A stretch of DNA of 64,000 nucleotides from Candidatus Falkowbacteria bacterium (GTDB taxonomy: Bacteria; Patescibacteriota; Patescibacteriia; Patescibacteriales; UBA12075): assembly GCA_003514005.1 (NCBI GenBank), contig DOSJ01000019.1, positions 22,868-86,867 of the forward strand. The letters are read 5' to 3'. The notes beneath the pieces were generated by a model. That model made no database searches. It was not told the DNA's origin and was given only the letters and a program-made list of their open reading frames with translations. Numbering within the stretch: the first letter of the stretch is position 1; every line of letters starts with the position of its first letter. This document shows, piece after piece, positions 53,453 to 62,494 of the stretch. Both the position numbers and the translations under genes were made by a program.

Positions 53453-53945
53453 GGTTATTATCCTGCTCTCCCACCTCCACCCTCGCCGCCATCACAACCC
53501 GTCCATTCAAACAATACCCCGGTTTCAAATCCTTAACGACAATCTCGCCTTGTCCGGAAATCGCTTCCATAGTATTCGGGTCGAATTTCTCGCCTACGGT
53601 TTTAATTTCCGTAACACCAAAATTATCCAAGACTTCTTTAAATTGTTTAACAATAAATTTGATACCCTCGCCCCATCCGCTCGTCTGCGCTGTTTCATCA
53701 ATATGAGACAAAGAAATTTTTAAATTATCGTAAACGGGTATTATCTCATGAAGCATCCTTTCATTCGCGTACTTGATATATTCCATTTTTTCGCTTGCTG
53801 TCTGTTTCGCCAAGTTTTGATAATCCGCTAAAGCGCGCATATATTTGTTGTTTAGCTCTTCACAACAATTCTCTTCATGTTTTTCTTCTGTCTCAACTTT
53901 TTCAACTTTTTCCTCTTCAATTTTTTTTGTTTTTTTTGACATCAT
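53448..53945 (-). CDS. grpE: nucleotide exchange factor GrpE
   Basis: 165 aa with RALADYQN, a coiled-coil N-terminus and a C-terminal beta domain (GYCLNGRVVMAARV). Confidence 0.9.
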   Translation of the reverse strand: MMSKKTKKIEEEKVEKVETEEKHEENCCEELNNKYMRALADYQNLAKQTASEKMEYIKYANERMLHEIIPVYDNLKISLSHIDETAQTSGWGEGIKFIVKQFKEVLDNFGVTEIKTVGEKFDPNTMEAISGQGEIVVKDLKPGYCLNGRVVMAARVEVGEQDNNQ

Positions 53946-53980
53946 AAAATTCTTTTTTAAAACGTTTTCAAGACCTCTGA

Positions 53981-54121
53981 GCTTTCGAAATTAGATATAT
54001 TTTTGTGCATACATAATTGTAGCTATTTTTTAAAAAATTATTCCTTATTTTATCATAATTCATAATTTTTTAAAAAATGCACAAATTCTGTCAGCACAAA
54101 AATATATCTAATTTCGAAAGC
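53981..54121. repeat. 28-bp perfect inverted repeat in the hrcA-grpE spacer
   Basis: gctttcgaaattagatatatttttgtgc (53981-54008) is the exact reverse complement of 54094-54121. Nested smaller palindromes lie inside. Confidence 0.8.
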
Positions 54122-54144
54122 GGTGGTGATTTAAAATATATAGC

Positions 54145-54831
54145 TTAAGCATTATTTATCTTATTATAAACAAAATCGATCAAGGCTAAATTCCTTTCAT
54201 AATCCATGCGCATCGGCCCAAGCAAGCCAAATAAACCTTCATGTTCGCCAAACTTGTATTTGGCCATAATCGAACCACTAAAATCACCGAACGGGCTTTT
54301 TGTTCCGATTTTCGTATCAAGCCCATTTGGAATATCTGAAAAAACTTCATTAATAATCTCGTCAATGCGGTCTATAATCGCGGAAATATCAAAGATAATA
54401 TTCAAACGGGAAAACTCGGGTTGCTGAAACAGATTGGATATACCCGTGTAATAAAGATTGTGCCGATGAAAAGCCCAGAAAACCGCGACTCCGGATAACT
54501 GTGAAAGATGCTTGGCAACATTTTTAAAACTCTCTTCCGTATTTTCTTTTAATATTTCTTCCAAGCTGTCTTTGTCTGATTTGCTGATTTTTTTCATCTG
54601 CATTTTTTGCAGATAATAATTATACGCAATCTCGGTCGGAATCCTTCCGGCGGAAGTATGCGGCTGGACAATATAGCCTTCGGCTTCCAAATCCGCCATT
54701 TCGTTCCGTGCTGTTGCCGGAGAAATATCCAGCTTATACTTTTCCACCAAAATGCCTGATCCGACGGGCGCTCCGGTCTTTATATGCTCTTTAATAATCG
54801 TATTTAATATCAATTCTTTTCTCGGGTCCAT
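54145..54831 (-). CDS. hrcA: heat-inducible transcription repressor HrcA (short form)
   Basis: N-terminal wHTH ILNTIIKEHIKTGAPVGSG...SPATARNEMADLEAEGYI.QPHTSAGRIPT. ATG 54831 preferred over the TTG at 54846. Only about 228 aa. Confidence 0.8.
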   Translation of the reverse strand: MDPRKELILNTIIKEHIKTGAPVGSGILVEKYKLDISPATARNEMADLEAEGYIVQPHTSAGRIPTEIAYNYYLQKMQMKKISKSDKDSLEEILKENTEESFKNVAKHLSQLSGVAVFWAFHRHNLYYTGISNLFQQPEFSRLNIIFDISAIIDRIDEIINEVFSDIPNGLDTKIGTKSPFGDFSGSIMAKYKFGEHEGLFGLLGPMRMDYERNLALIDFVYNKINNA

Positions 54832-54885
54832 AGCTTTTATCCACAAATATAAAAAAATCTTTTTTACTTTTATATTTTATACTAT

Positions 54886-54912
54886 TTAGCACTCAAGTGT
54901 CAAGAGTGCTAA
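54886..54912. promoter_or_regulatory. CIRCE operator overlapping the hrcA promoter
   Basis: TTAGCACTC-N9-GAGTGCTAA exactly. On the minus strand the N9 spacer contains TTGACA (54903-54898), followed 16 nt later by TATAAA (54881-54876). Confidence 0.9.
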
Positions 54913-54940
54913 TAATAAATTAATTTTGTTTTATTTTAGC

Positions 54941-54978
54941 AAAAAAACATTCAGTCAAAATGACTGAATGTTTGGTTT
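54941..54978. terminator. bidirectional-looking terminator downstream of mrdA
   Basis: Stem cattcagtc / gactgaatg flanked by A7 on the left and tttggttt on the right. Confidence 0.6.
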
Positions 54979-55026
54979 ATAAAAAATAATTTTATTTTTC
55001 CAGTTCTTCAAAACATTCCGTGGCTA

Positions 55027-55190
55027 GGCAGAAAATAAATAATTGATTTTTGTTAAATTACCAGCTTGAAGCGGATCATATTACCTACTCGAATGTTTAT
55101 GTGTGTATCTAACTATTATTTAACTCGCAACTTCTGCGCTTTTGCTGAGCTGAGCTTAATTTAATAAAAATCAATTATTTATTTTCGGCC
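55027..55190. mobile_element. 163-bp TIR element (copy 2)
   Basis: The right 70 nt are identical to copy 1. The left TIR differs at 2 positions (ggcAgaaa.., ..ttttGtt..). Confidence 0.75.
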
Positions 55191-55238
55191 GATACGGCCT
55201 TGAAATACCCACAAAAGGATGTTAAAGATCCATTTTTC

Positions 55239-57245
55239 TCAATCCAACGCTTTCCGATATTCCCCAAAATACCATTCCAAAAATTCCTTGGCGATGGGGA
55301 CGGCGACGGAACTGCCTTCTCCGCCTTCTTCGACCAAAACCGTAATCACAAGCTCCGGATTGTCATATGGCGCGAAGCCGGTAAACCAGGCGTGCGTATT
55401 TTTTTTGCTTGACCATTGCGCCGTACCGGTCTTGCCCGCTACCGGAACCGGCACCGATTGCATACTGCGTGCTGAACCGTCGCTAACCGTCTGACGCATC
55501 CCCTCCCGAACAACGTGGACATTGTAGCTATCGATAAAATCCGCGCGAATCGGATCATCTGCGACCATGCTGATAACCTCGTCCTCGCTAGACAAGATTT
55601 CACGAATGAAATGCGGGCGATAAAGTTTTCCGCCATTGGCAAAAACGCCGGTAAAAGCCGCTACTTGCAAAGGCGTAACCGAAAGATCACCCTGGCCGAT
55701 CGACAAATGATATGTATCACCGATATACCATCTTTCCCCTTTTGCTTCTTCTTTCCATTCACGCGTCGGCAAAAAGCCACTAGCCTCGCCGGCAATATCC
55801 ACGCCTAGCTGTGAGCCAAGCCCGAACAAACGCTCATACTCGACAATCTTGTCGACTCCCAAACCCTGAAAATCTTCATAGCCACCGCCGATGTAGTAAA
55901 AAAAGGTGTTGACCGATTGCGCGATCGCTTTTTTTACATTTGTGCGGCCATGTCCACCCGACTGCCAATCGGGAAAAAACCACTCGCCGATACGGATACC
56001 GCCCGTACTGAGAAAAGCCGTATTCTCGCTGATAACTTTTTCCTGCAAAGCCGCCACCGCCATTACCGGCTTGATTGTAGAGCCGGACGGATACTCTCCG
56101 CTCACGGACCGATTGAACAAAGGCTTGTCCGGATGGTTGATTAGGATATCATATTCGTTTTTTGATATGCCACGCGCAAAGGTATTATTGTCAAAGGCCG
56201 GCAAACTGACCATAGACAAAATCTCGCCGTTACCCGGGTCCAATATTATCGCCGAAGCCTTGCTCAATCCCAGCTTTTCCAAATGCTTTTTTAAAATCTC
56301 TTCCAACTTGATCTGCGCCATCGCGTCCAATGACAAAACCAGATTATGCCCGTCTTCCGGCGCGCTAACGCCGATAATCTTTTTTTCTTTGCCCAAAGCA
56401 TCAACTTCAATCTGCTTGATCCCGCTTTTTCCCTTAAGCTCATTTTCCCAAAAATACTCGATCCCCATCTTTCCGATATAATCAATCGGTAAATATTCTT
56501 GCCCGAATCGCTTTAATTCATCTTGATTTATCTTTCCCGTATAGCCCATCACATGCGACAGAGAATAATAAAAATTTTCCTGTTTTTCTTTGTCTGGAAG
56601 CCCATATACCAAATAATCACGATTTGTGCGATTTGACAAAACAACACCCGGCCAATAATCCGAAAGCAGATAAAGCTTCATGGCTTTTTCGTATTCAATA
56701 TTATCGGCAATAAACAAAGGCTGATAAGCCTCAAGCGAATCTTGCGAAATAGCGCCATACATTTTTTCCAAATCATCCGGCACAATACCGCCTAAAATTT
56801 CGCTTAATTCGGAAAAAATCCGATTACGTTCTGTATAATCGTCGGGAAGATCAAAAGGAATAAAATACAGCATGAAATTCGCGCGATTCCTTACTAAGGG
56901 AAGATGGAATCGGTCATAAATAACGCCACGTTTCGGCTCTATCCGTTCTGTCCGGATGCGATTTCCCTCGGCCGCGGAATAATAATAATCGCCCTTGACA
57001 ATCTGCAACCAGACTGTCTTTGCCATAAGCATGGAAAGGAAAAATACGACAAAAACGCCGACCACGATCAATTTGGAATCTTCAAAACTTTTACCGATCA
57101 ACTCGCGTTCTTTCGTGTCGGCAATAAAAACATCCTCCGCCCAAGCCGAACGAAAAGCCGGATTGATATGCCCGTCTTTTATTTTTCCGCTCTGGATTAC
57201 AAACGGATTACTGACATTATTTTTTATTTTTTTATTATTTAGCAT
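55239..57245 (-). CDS. mrdA: penicillin-binding protein 2 (elongasome transpeptidase)
   Basis: 668 aa with an N-terminal TM, a dimerisation domain, SGSTIKP (SxxK) and KTGTAQ. Located downstream of mreBCD. Confidence 0.9.
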   Translation of the reverse strand: MLNNKKIKNNVSNPFVIQSGKIKDGHINPAFRSAWAEDVFIADTKERELIGKSFEDSKLIVVGVFVVFFLSMLMAKTVWLQIVKGDYYYSAAEGNRIRTERIEPKRGVIYDRFHLPLVRNRANFMLYFIPFDLPDDYTERNRIFSELSEILGGIVPDDLEKMYGAISQDSLEAYQPLFIADNIEYEKAMKLYLLSDYWPGVVLSNRTNRDYLVYGLPDKEKQENFYYSLSHVMGYTGKINQDELKRFGQEYLPIDYIGKMGIEYFWENELKGKSGIKQIEVDALGKEKKIIGVSAPEDGHNLVLSLDAMAQIKLEEILKKHLEKLGLSKASAIILDPGNGEILSMVSLPAFDNNTFARGISKNEYDILINHPDKPLFNRSVSGEYPSGSTIKPVMAVAALQEKVISENTAFLSTGGIRIGEWFFPDWQSGGHGRTNVKKAIAQSVNTFFYYIGGGYEDFQGLGVDKIVEYERLFGLGSQLGVDIAGEASGFLPTREWKEEAKGERWYIGDTYHLSIGQGDLSVTPLQVAAFTGVFANGGKLYRPHFIREILSSEDEVISMVADDPIRADFIDSYNVHVVREGMRQTVSDGSARSMQSVPVPVAGKTGTAQWSSKKNTHAWFTGFAPYDNPELVITVLVEEGGEGSSVAVPIAKEFLEWYFGEYRKALD

Positions 57246-57274
57246 TTTTTTAATTTTTCAAAAACTTTTACCGA

Positions 57275-57814
57275 TTAAATCAACTTCCTTTTCCTTAAAA
57301 ATACCGGCTTGAAATTTGCGCCAAAATGATTAAGCGCGTACAGGGTAATGCCGACTAATACCAGATTGATTCCTAATCCGTAAAATTTATATAGCAAAGC
57401 ATGACCATCGATCGCGGATGCAAAACTGCGAAAAAATATGTAATCATAAGTATTTATAATCAAAAATGAAAAAACCTCATAACTAATTATTGCAAAACTA
57501 ATCAAAACCAAAAAAGAGTACAACGAACGGTTAGTAAGAAAATTCGCCAATAAAAAATTGCTAAACACGACCGTAATCAAAAGACTTGCAATGTTTACGC
57601 CAAAAGGCACGAACAGATAAATATCAAGCATCACGCCCAAGCCGAAACCCCACCAATACGCAATCCGCGAACCGCTAAAACCAAGCAACAGTATCAAAGC
57701 TATAATCATCAGATTGATTTCGCGAAACCAAACAGGCAAACCGCTGACAAAAGCAATCTGGACAATGCCCAGAATAACGATTGCTATCAAATTTGCGATT
57801 ATTTTTAAATACAT
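57275..57814 (-). CDS. mreD: rod shape-determining protein MreD
   Basis: 179 aa with 5 TM helices, positioned between mreC and mrdA. Confidence 0.6.
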   Translation of the reverse strand: MYLKIIANLIAIVILGIVQIAFVSGLPVWFREINLMIIALILLLGFSGSRIAYWWGFGLGVMLDIYLFVPFGVNIASLLITVVFSNFLLANFLTNRSLYSFLVLISFAIISYEVFSFLIINTYDYIFFRSFASAIDGHALLYKFYGLGINLVLVGITLYALNHFGANFKPVFLRKRKLI

Positions 57815-57833
57815 ATCAACTTAACAATAAATT

Positions 57834-57923
57834 TTTTCGTTAATTTCGTATATATTCGTTTTTTTCGTGTCTTTGTTATAAACAGAAACACAAAAAAAAC
57901 GAATATATACGAAATAACGAAAA
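57834..57923. repeat. hairpin between mreC and mreD, CGTATATATTCG word family
   Basis: ttttcgttaatttcgtatatattcgtttttttcgtgtctttg vs cagaaacacaaaaaaaacgaatatatacgaaataacgaaaa. Confidence 0.75.
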
Positions 57924-57948
57924 CACTGAATTCTATAATAATATTTAC

Positions 57949-58764
57949 TTACTGGTTATCCGGCAAAACCACGGAAACAATGATCAAATCACCAAGATCC
58001 TGAATCGGTTCAATGGTCGCGGTCTGCCAAAGATCGTTATTTTCTTTTTGGATTTCGGTAACCTTGCCGATAACCAGTCCGCGCGGAATCGGCTGTTCCA
58101 AACCGGATGTCGCAACCATATCTCCAGCTTTGATGATAGTCGCCTGCGGGATATAGCCCATCTTTATCACAAGCCCCAGACTGCCTTGCGCAATGCCGCT
58201 GGTATGTTCTTCACCCAAAACTGTAGCCGCAAACTTACATTTATCGCTGTTCACAAGATGAACTTGCGCGCTATTTTCTTTCACTTCCGCGATCTTACCG
58301 ATTACTACGCCCTGCTTGTTGATAACGGCAAGTCCGCTGTAAAGCCCATCTTTGCCGCCTTTGTCAATGATAATACTTTCCGTCTGTCCACTGACATTAA
58401 GCACATCCTCGCGGGAAATAACGTTCGCCATTACATATTTATATTTATTGCGTTCCAAAAAACCAAGATGCTCGCGCAAAATTTCATTCTCATTTTTTAT
58501 GGACAAAAGGCTGGCATTCTCCTCGCTCAAACGCCCGACTTCCGTTTCCAAGTCTTTCACAATCTGAGCAAAATCGCTTTTTGCCGTCTGTTTCTGAAAA
58601 GCAACCCTGATTTTCGTACTTGCCAAAAACAATTTTCCCGCCAACGGATTCAAAATTTTTACAGCAGAATTTTCCAATGGTCGAAGTACGCCGATTGCAT
58701 GCAAAAAAACAAGCAGCCCCAGTGCTGCCAGCCAGAATACTTTTTTTCGGTGTTTGATTAACAT
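57949..58764 (-). CDS. mreC: rod shape-determining protein MreC
   Basis: 271 aa with an N-terminal TM, a coiled coil (ENASLLSIKNENEILRE) and beta-barrel repeats (GLVIGKV). Confidence 0.85.
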   Translation of the reverse strand: MLIKHRKKVFWLAALGLLVFLHAIGVLRPLENSAVKILNPLAGKLFLASTKIRVAFQKQTAKSDFAQIVKDLETEVGRLSEENASLLSIKNENEILREHLGFLERNKYKYVMANVISREDVLNVSGQTESIIIDKGGKDGLYSGLAVINKQGVVIGKIAEVKENSAQVHLVNSDKCKFAATVLGEEHTSGIAQGSLGLVIKMGYIPQATIIKAGDMVATSGLEQPIPRGLVIGKVTEIQKENNDLWQTATIEPIQDLGDLIIVSVVLPDNQ

Positions 58765-58774
58765 AATATATAAA

Positions 58775-58844
58775 AATTTCTAATGTCTAAATTATAATTT
58801 CTAATTCTTTGGTTTAGAAATTAGAAATTATAATTTAGACATTA
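58775..58844. repeat. hairpin between mreB and mreC, TTAGAAA word family
   Basis: aatttctaatgtctaaattataatttctaatt vs tttagaaattagaaattataatttagacatta. Confidence 0.8.
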
Positions 58845-58847
58845 AAT

Positions 58848-59891
58848 CTAATATTCTTCACTCGCCGGTGTCAAAACTTTGCGCAAAAGCTCTTCGTCTT
58901 CCAAGAGCATGCCGGCGCCGCGGACAACGCAGGTCAGGGCATCGTCGGCAACGCGGACCGGGATTTTCGTGGCTTGGGCGATTTCTTTGTCTAGTCCGCG
59001 AAGCAAAGCGCCGCCGCCGGTCAACGTAATACCATGTTCGTAAATATCGGAAACCAACTCGGGCGGAGTCGTCTCCAAGGTTGTTTTGATATTATCGATT
59101 ATCAGATGGATGGTACGGCTAATCGCTTCACGGATCTGGATATCACTGACTTTAACTGCTTTCGGCAATCCGTTTATTAGGTCGCGCCCGCGCACTTCCA
59201 TCTCCATCGGCTCTTTTAACGGTCCGGCGGATCCGATTTTGATTTTTACCTGTTCCGCTACCTGTTCGCCAATCAAGATGCTAAATTCATCTCGAAAATA
59301 TTGAATAATATTATTATCCAACTGATTGCCCGCGTGCCTTAGCGATTTCCAGGCCACAACACCGCCCAAAGAGATTACGGAAATTTCTGTCGTACCGCCG
59401 CCGATATCAACGATCATAGTCGCGGTCGGGTCTGCCACCGGCAAATGCGCCCCGATAGCGGCCGCCATGGATTCTTCGATCAAAAAAACTTGGCGCGCGC
59501 CTGCGGATTTGGCGGCGTCTTCCACGGCCTTTTTTTCCACTTCGGTAATATCCAAAGGAATGCCGATAACCACGCGCGGACGCGGAATCAAGGTAAAGCT
59601 TTCGGCATGGACCTTGTCAATAAAATACTTCAACATTTTCTCAGTAACCTCAAAATCGGAAATAACCCCGTCCACCAAAGGCTTAATCGCCTGAATATGC
59701 CCCGGCGTTTTTCCGATCATCTTTTTCGCCTCTTCACCTACCGCCAACACTTCGTTTGTCCTGGTATTCACAGCCACCACCGAAGGCTCGTTAATCACAA
59801 TCCCTTTTTCCGTAGTATAAACCAAGGTATTTTTCGTACCTAGGTCTATGCCTAAATCTTTACTGAATTTTCCTAAAAACTTATTGAACAT
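58848..59891 (-). CDS. mreB: rod shape-determining actin homologue MreB
   Basis: 347 aa with GIDLGTKNT, DIGGGTTE and TLTGGGALLRGLD. Confidence 0.95.
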   Translation of the reverse strand: MFNKFLGKFSKDLGIDLGTKNTLVYTTEKGIVINEPSVVAVNTRTNEVLAVGEEAKKMIGKTPGHIQAIKPLVDGVISDFEVTEKMLKYFIDKVHAESFTLIPRPRVVIGIPLDITEVEKKAVEDAAKSAGARQVFLIEESMAAAIGAHLPVADPTATMIVDIGGGTTEISVISLGGVVAWKSLRHAGNQLDNNIIQYFRDEFSILIGEQVAEQVKIKIGSAGPLKEPMEMEVRGRDLINGLPKAVKVSDIQIREAISRTIHLIIDNIKTTLETTPPELVSDIYEHGITLTGGGALLRGLDKEIAQATKIPVRVADDALTCVVRGAGMLLEDEELLRKVLTPASEEY

Positions 59892-59930
59892 TAATATTAG
59901 AATTTAATAAATCATCTTGCGTAGGTTACA

Positions 59931-61367
59931 TTAATAACTTTTTGCAAATAGCCAATCATGTTTCGCTTCTGCGCCTGTAATAAAACATTTTTTATTTTTT
60001 GACTCTTTTTCCATATTCGCAAATGGTAATACGCGGGAAACCATGGAAAACTTTTCTTTTAATAATTTTTCCGATTCTTTTGATTCGCACCAACTTGCTT
60101 CAAAAAAACCAACCTGGTCTTTTATTTCGTCAATACTTTCGATTCTATGGATATGCTTTTCTGAAAAATCTTTTGCCTGATCATAAAGACTAATATGAAT
60201 TTCTTTAAACAATTCCGGAATCATATTTTTCAATTCTGATCTATTTATTTTTATTTTTGTTTCATTATCTCTTCGAAAAATCGTAATCTCGTTATTATCT
60301 TTTTCTTTCTGACCGATTTCAAGGCGTACTGGCACGCCCTTCACTTCCCAATGATTAAATTTAAAGCCAGGTGTCATGCCATCTCGTGCATCTAGTTTTA
60401 CACGATAAGGTGTTAACTCTTTTTTCAATTCCTCGGCATATGCTATAACTTCTTGTTTATTTTCATCTTTGTATATCGGTACGATAACAATCTGGATCGG
60501 CGCGATATTTGGAGGCAAACGAAGACCGTTGTCATCACCATGAGCCATAATTACTGCGCCAACCGATCGCCAAGAAAAACCCCAGCTATTTTGATGGCAA
60601 AAATGACGCTCACCATCATCACCAAGATATGTTACATCAAAAACTTTGGCAAAATTTGTACCCAAATAATGACTAGTTCCGCCTTGTATTGCCTTGCCAT
60701 CTTTAACCATTATCTCTGCGGTTGTCGTCATAACTGCACCAGCAAATTTTTCTGCTTCAGATTTTTTTCCCTTCATGACCGGCAATGCCATAAATTGATA
60801 TGTTTTTTCATAAACATCTAGCATTTGCCACATTTCTGCTTCAGCTTCAGCCTGTTTTGCAAAAACCGTATGTCCTTCTTGCCACAAAAATTCACTCCAA
60901 CGCAAGAAAGGTCTTGGTCTTTTTTCCCAGCGTACAACATTATTCCATTGGTTCAATCGCAAAGGCAGGTCTTTATAGCTTTGGATCCACTTTGCATAAG
61001 TCTTGTACATGGATGTTTCCGACGTAGGTCTGACCGCCAGCTTATTCACCAATTTTTCTCCGCCGCCATGAGTTACAACAGCAAGCTCCGGTGAAAATCC
61101 TTCAACATGATCTTTCTCTGCTTCCAAGTTTTCCATTGGAATAAAAATTGGAAAATAAACATTTTCAACCCCGGTTTCTTCAATCAAACGCGAAAGCTCG
61201 GCTTTTATCAATTCCCATATTTTATAACCATAGGGCCTTACAATACCGCAACCTCGTACTTCTGAATTTTCTGCCAATTCGGCTTCTTTTACAACATCCT
61301 GATACCATTCCGAAAAGTTTTCTTTTTGTGGTGTAATATTTTTTTTCACATTCATATAGTTGTACAA
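59931..61367 (-). CDS. proS: proline--tRNA ligase (archaeal/eukaryote-like type)
   Basis: 478 aa with class II motifs (FSPELAVVT.., RPTSET, FRWE-type), no INS editing domain, and a C-terminal Zn-type domain ending in ..FAKSY. Alternative start at 61355. Confidence 0.9.
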   Translation of the reverse strand: MYNYMNVKKNITPQKENFSEWYQDVVKEAELAENSEVRGCGIVRPYGYKIWELIKAELSRLIEETGVENVYFPIFIPMENLEAEKDHVEGFSPELAVVTHGGGEKLVNKLAVRPTSETSMYKTYAKWIQSYKDLPLRLNQWNNVVRWEKRPRPFLRWSEFLWQEGHTVFAKQAEAEAEMWQMLDVYEKTYQFMALPVMKGKKSEAEKFAGAVMTTTAEIMVKDGKAIQGGTSHYLGTNFAKVFDVTYLGDDGERHFCHQNSWGFSWRSVGAVIMAHGDDNGLRLPPNIAPIQIVIVPIYKDENKQEVIAYAEELKKELTPYRVKLDARDGMTPGFKFNHWEVKGVPVRLEIGQKEKDNNEITIFRRDNETKIKINRSELKNMIPELFKEIHISLYDQAKDFSEKHIHRIESIDEIKDQVGFFEASWCESKESEKLLKEKFSMVSRVLPFANMEKESKNKKCFITGAEAKHDWLFAKSY

Positions 61368-61402
61368 ATTATTTGAACACTAAATTATTGATTTATGAAT
61401 AT

Positions 61403-61432
61403 ATAATACAGTATATCCCCCCTCTTTGTCAA
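61403..61432 (-). promoter_or_regulatory. candidate proS promoter
   Basis: On the minus strand: TTGACA (61432-61427), 18 nt, TATTAT (61408-61403). Confidence 0.45.
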
Positions 61433-61456
61433 AGCGATTTTTGCCGCCTCAAATTA

Positions 61457-61518
61457 CAAAAAAGGCTAAAATTTCCAAATCATTCAAATATTTGATAGGG
61501 AAATTTTAGCCTCTTTTT
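61457..61518. terminator. terminator after secDF
   Basis: 14-bp stem aggctaaaatttcc / ggaaattttagcct, flanked by A-runs and T-runs on both sides. Confidence 0.7.
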
Positions 61519-61537
61519 ATATTTTCTTTCGCAATTT

Positions 61538-62467
61538 TTAGTCTTTCTTAAATTTCTCCCAAATAACAATAATCGGACTGGCAACAAATATCGAGGAATA
61601 TGTACCGACAAAAACACCGATAGTCAGAGCCAAAACAAAGTCGCGAATCGTGCTACCGCCAAATATTATAATAGCGACTAGGGCCAAGATAACTGTCATA
61701 GAAGTATTGATTGAGCGGCCCCATGTTTGATTGATGCTTGTATTTACCGTGTTTTCAAAATCTTCATGGCTTTTTGGCAGATTCTCACGAATACGATCAA
61801 ACACCACGATAGTATCATTGACGCTATAACCCAAAAGTGTCAAAATCGCAGCCACAAAAGGCGTGTTAATTTCCATGTTATAAAAATGACCCAATACCGC
61901 AAATACGCCCAATGTAATAATAACATCATGAAACAAGGCAACAGTCGCCGCAACACCGTATTTCCAGGAAGCAACCGGTTTGGAAACCTTGCTGAATGTC
62001 CAAGCGATAAAAAGGACAATAGCGATCAGAACAATTATGATTGCCCAAAAAGATTTTGACTTTAACTCTTGACCAATGCTCGGGCCAACAGAGTCAAAAC
62101 GCAATTCTTCAACATTGTTTTGCGCGTTTTCGGTTTTTTCTTTTTCATCTGCCTCATTTTTACCAATGCCGTTCAAGCGCTTAATTGCTTCCACGTGTTT
62201 ATCCTCGCTAGTTTCTTTAAACCGGATAATCATGTTTTTTTCATCAATCGGTTGTACGGTCAAACTGCCCAAATCCAAATCTGCCAACGCCACTTGCACG
62301 TCATTAACCGCCGGACGCTCACCCAAAAAACGCACTTCCAAAAGACTGCCGCCGGTAAAATCGATACCAAAATTCAATCCCCAAACGAATAGTGCGACAA
62401 TCGATAGCGCCACTAACACTCCGGAAATAGAAAGCCAAATTTTTCTTGTTTGAATAAATGGATACAT
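61538..62467 (-). CDS. secF: protein translocase subunit SecF
   Basis: 309 aa with GIDFTGGS and 6 TM helices, the last ones containing SVNDTIVVFDRIRE. Confidence 0.9.
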   Translation of the reverse strand: MYPFIQTRKIWLSISGVLVALSIVALFVWGLNFGIDFTGGSLLEVRFLGERPAVNDVQVALADLDLGSLTVQPIDEKNMIIRFKETSEDKHVEAIKRLNGIGKNEADEKEKTENAQNNVEELRFDSVGPSIGQELKSKSFWAIIIVLIAIVLFIAWTFSKVSKPVASWKYGVAATVALFHDVIITLGVFAVLGHFYNMEINTPFVAAILTLLGYSVNDTIVVFDRIRENLPKSHEDFENTVNTSINQTWGRSINTSMTVILALVAIIIFGGSTIRDFVLALTIGVFVGTYSSIFVASPIIVIWEKFKKD

Positions 62468-62494
62468 ATGTATGAATTATTAATTTTTAAATGA

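Noticed and set aside
61368-61456. T-box leaders upstream of proS (and of leuS at 9149-9224).
   Set aside because: The leaders are only about 40-70 nt. No specifier loop or T-box consensus (AANNNGGGTGGNACCGCG) is visible.
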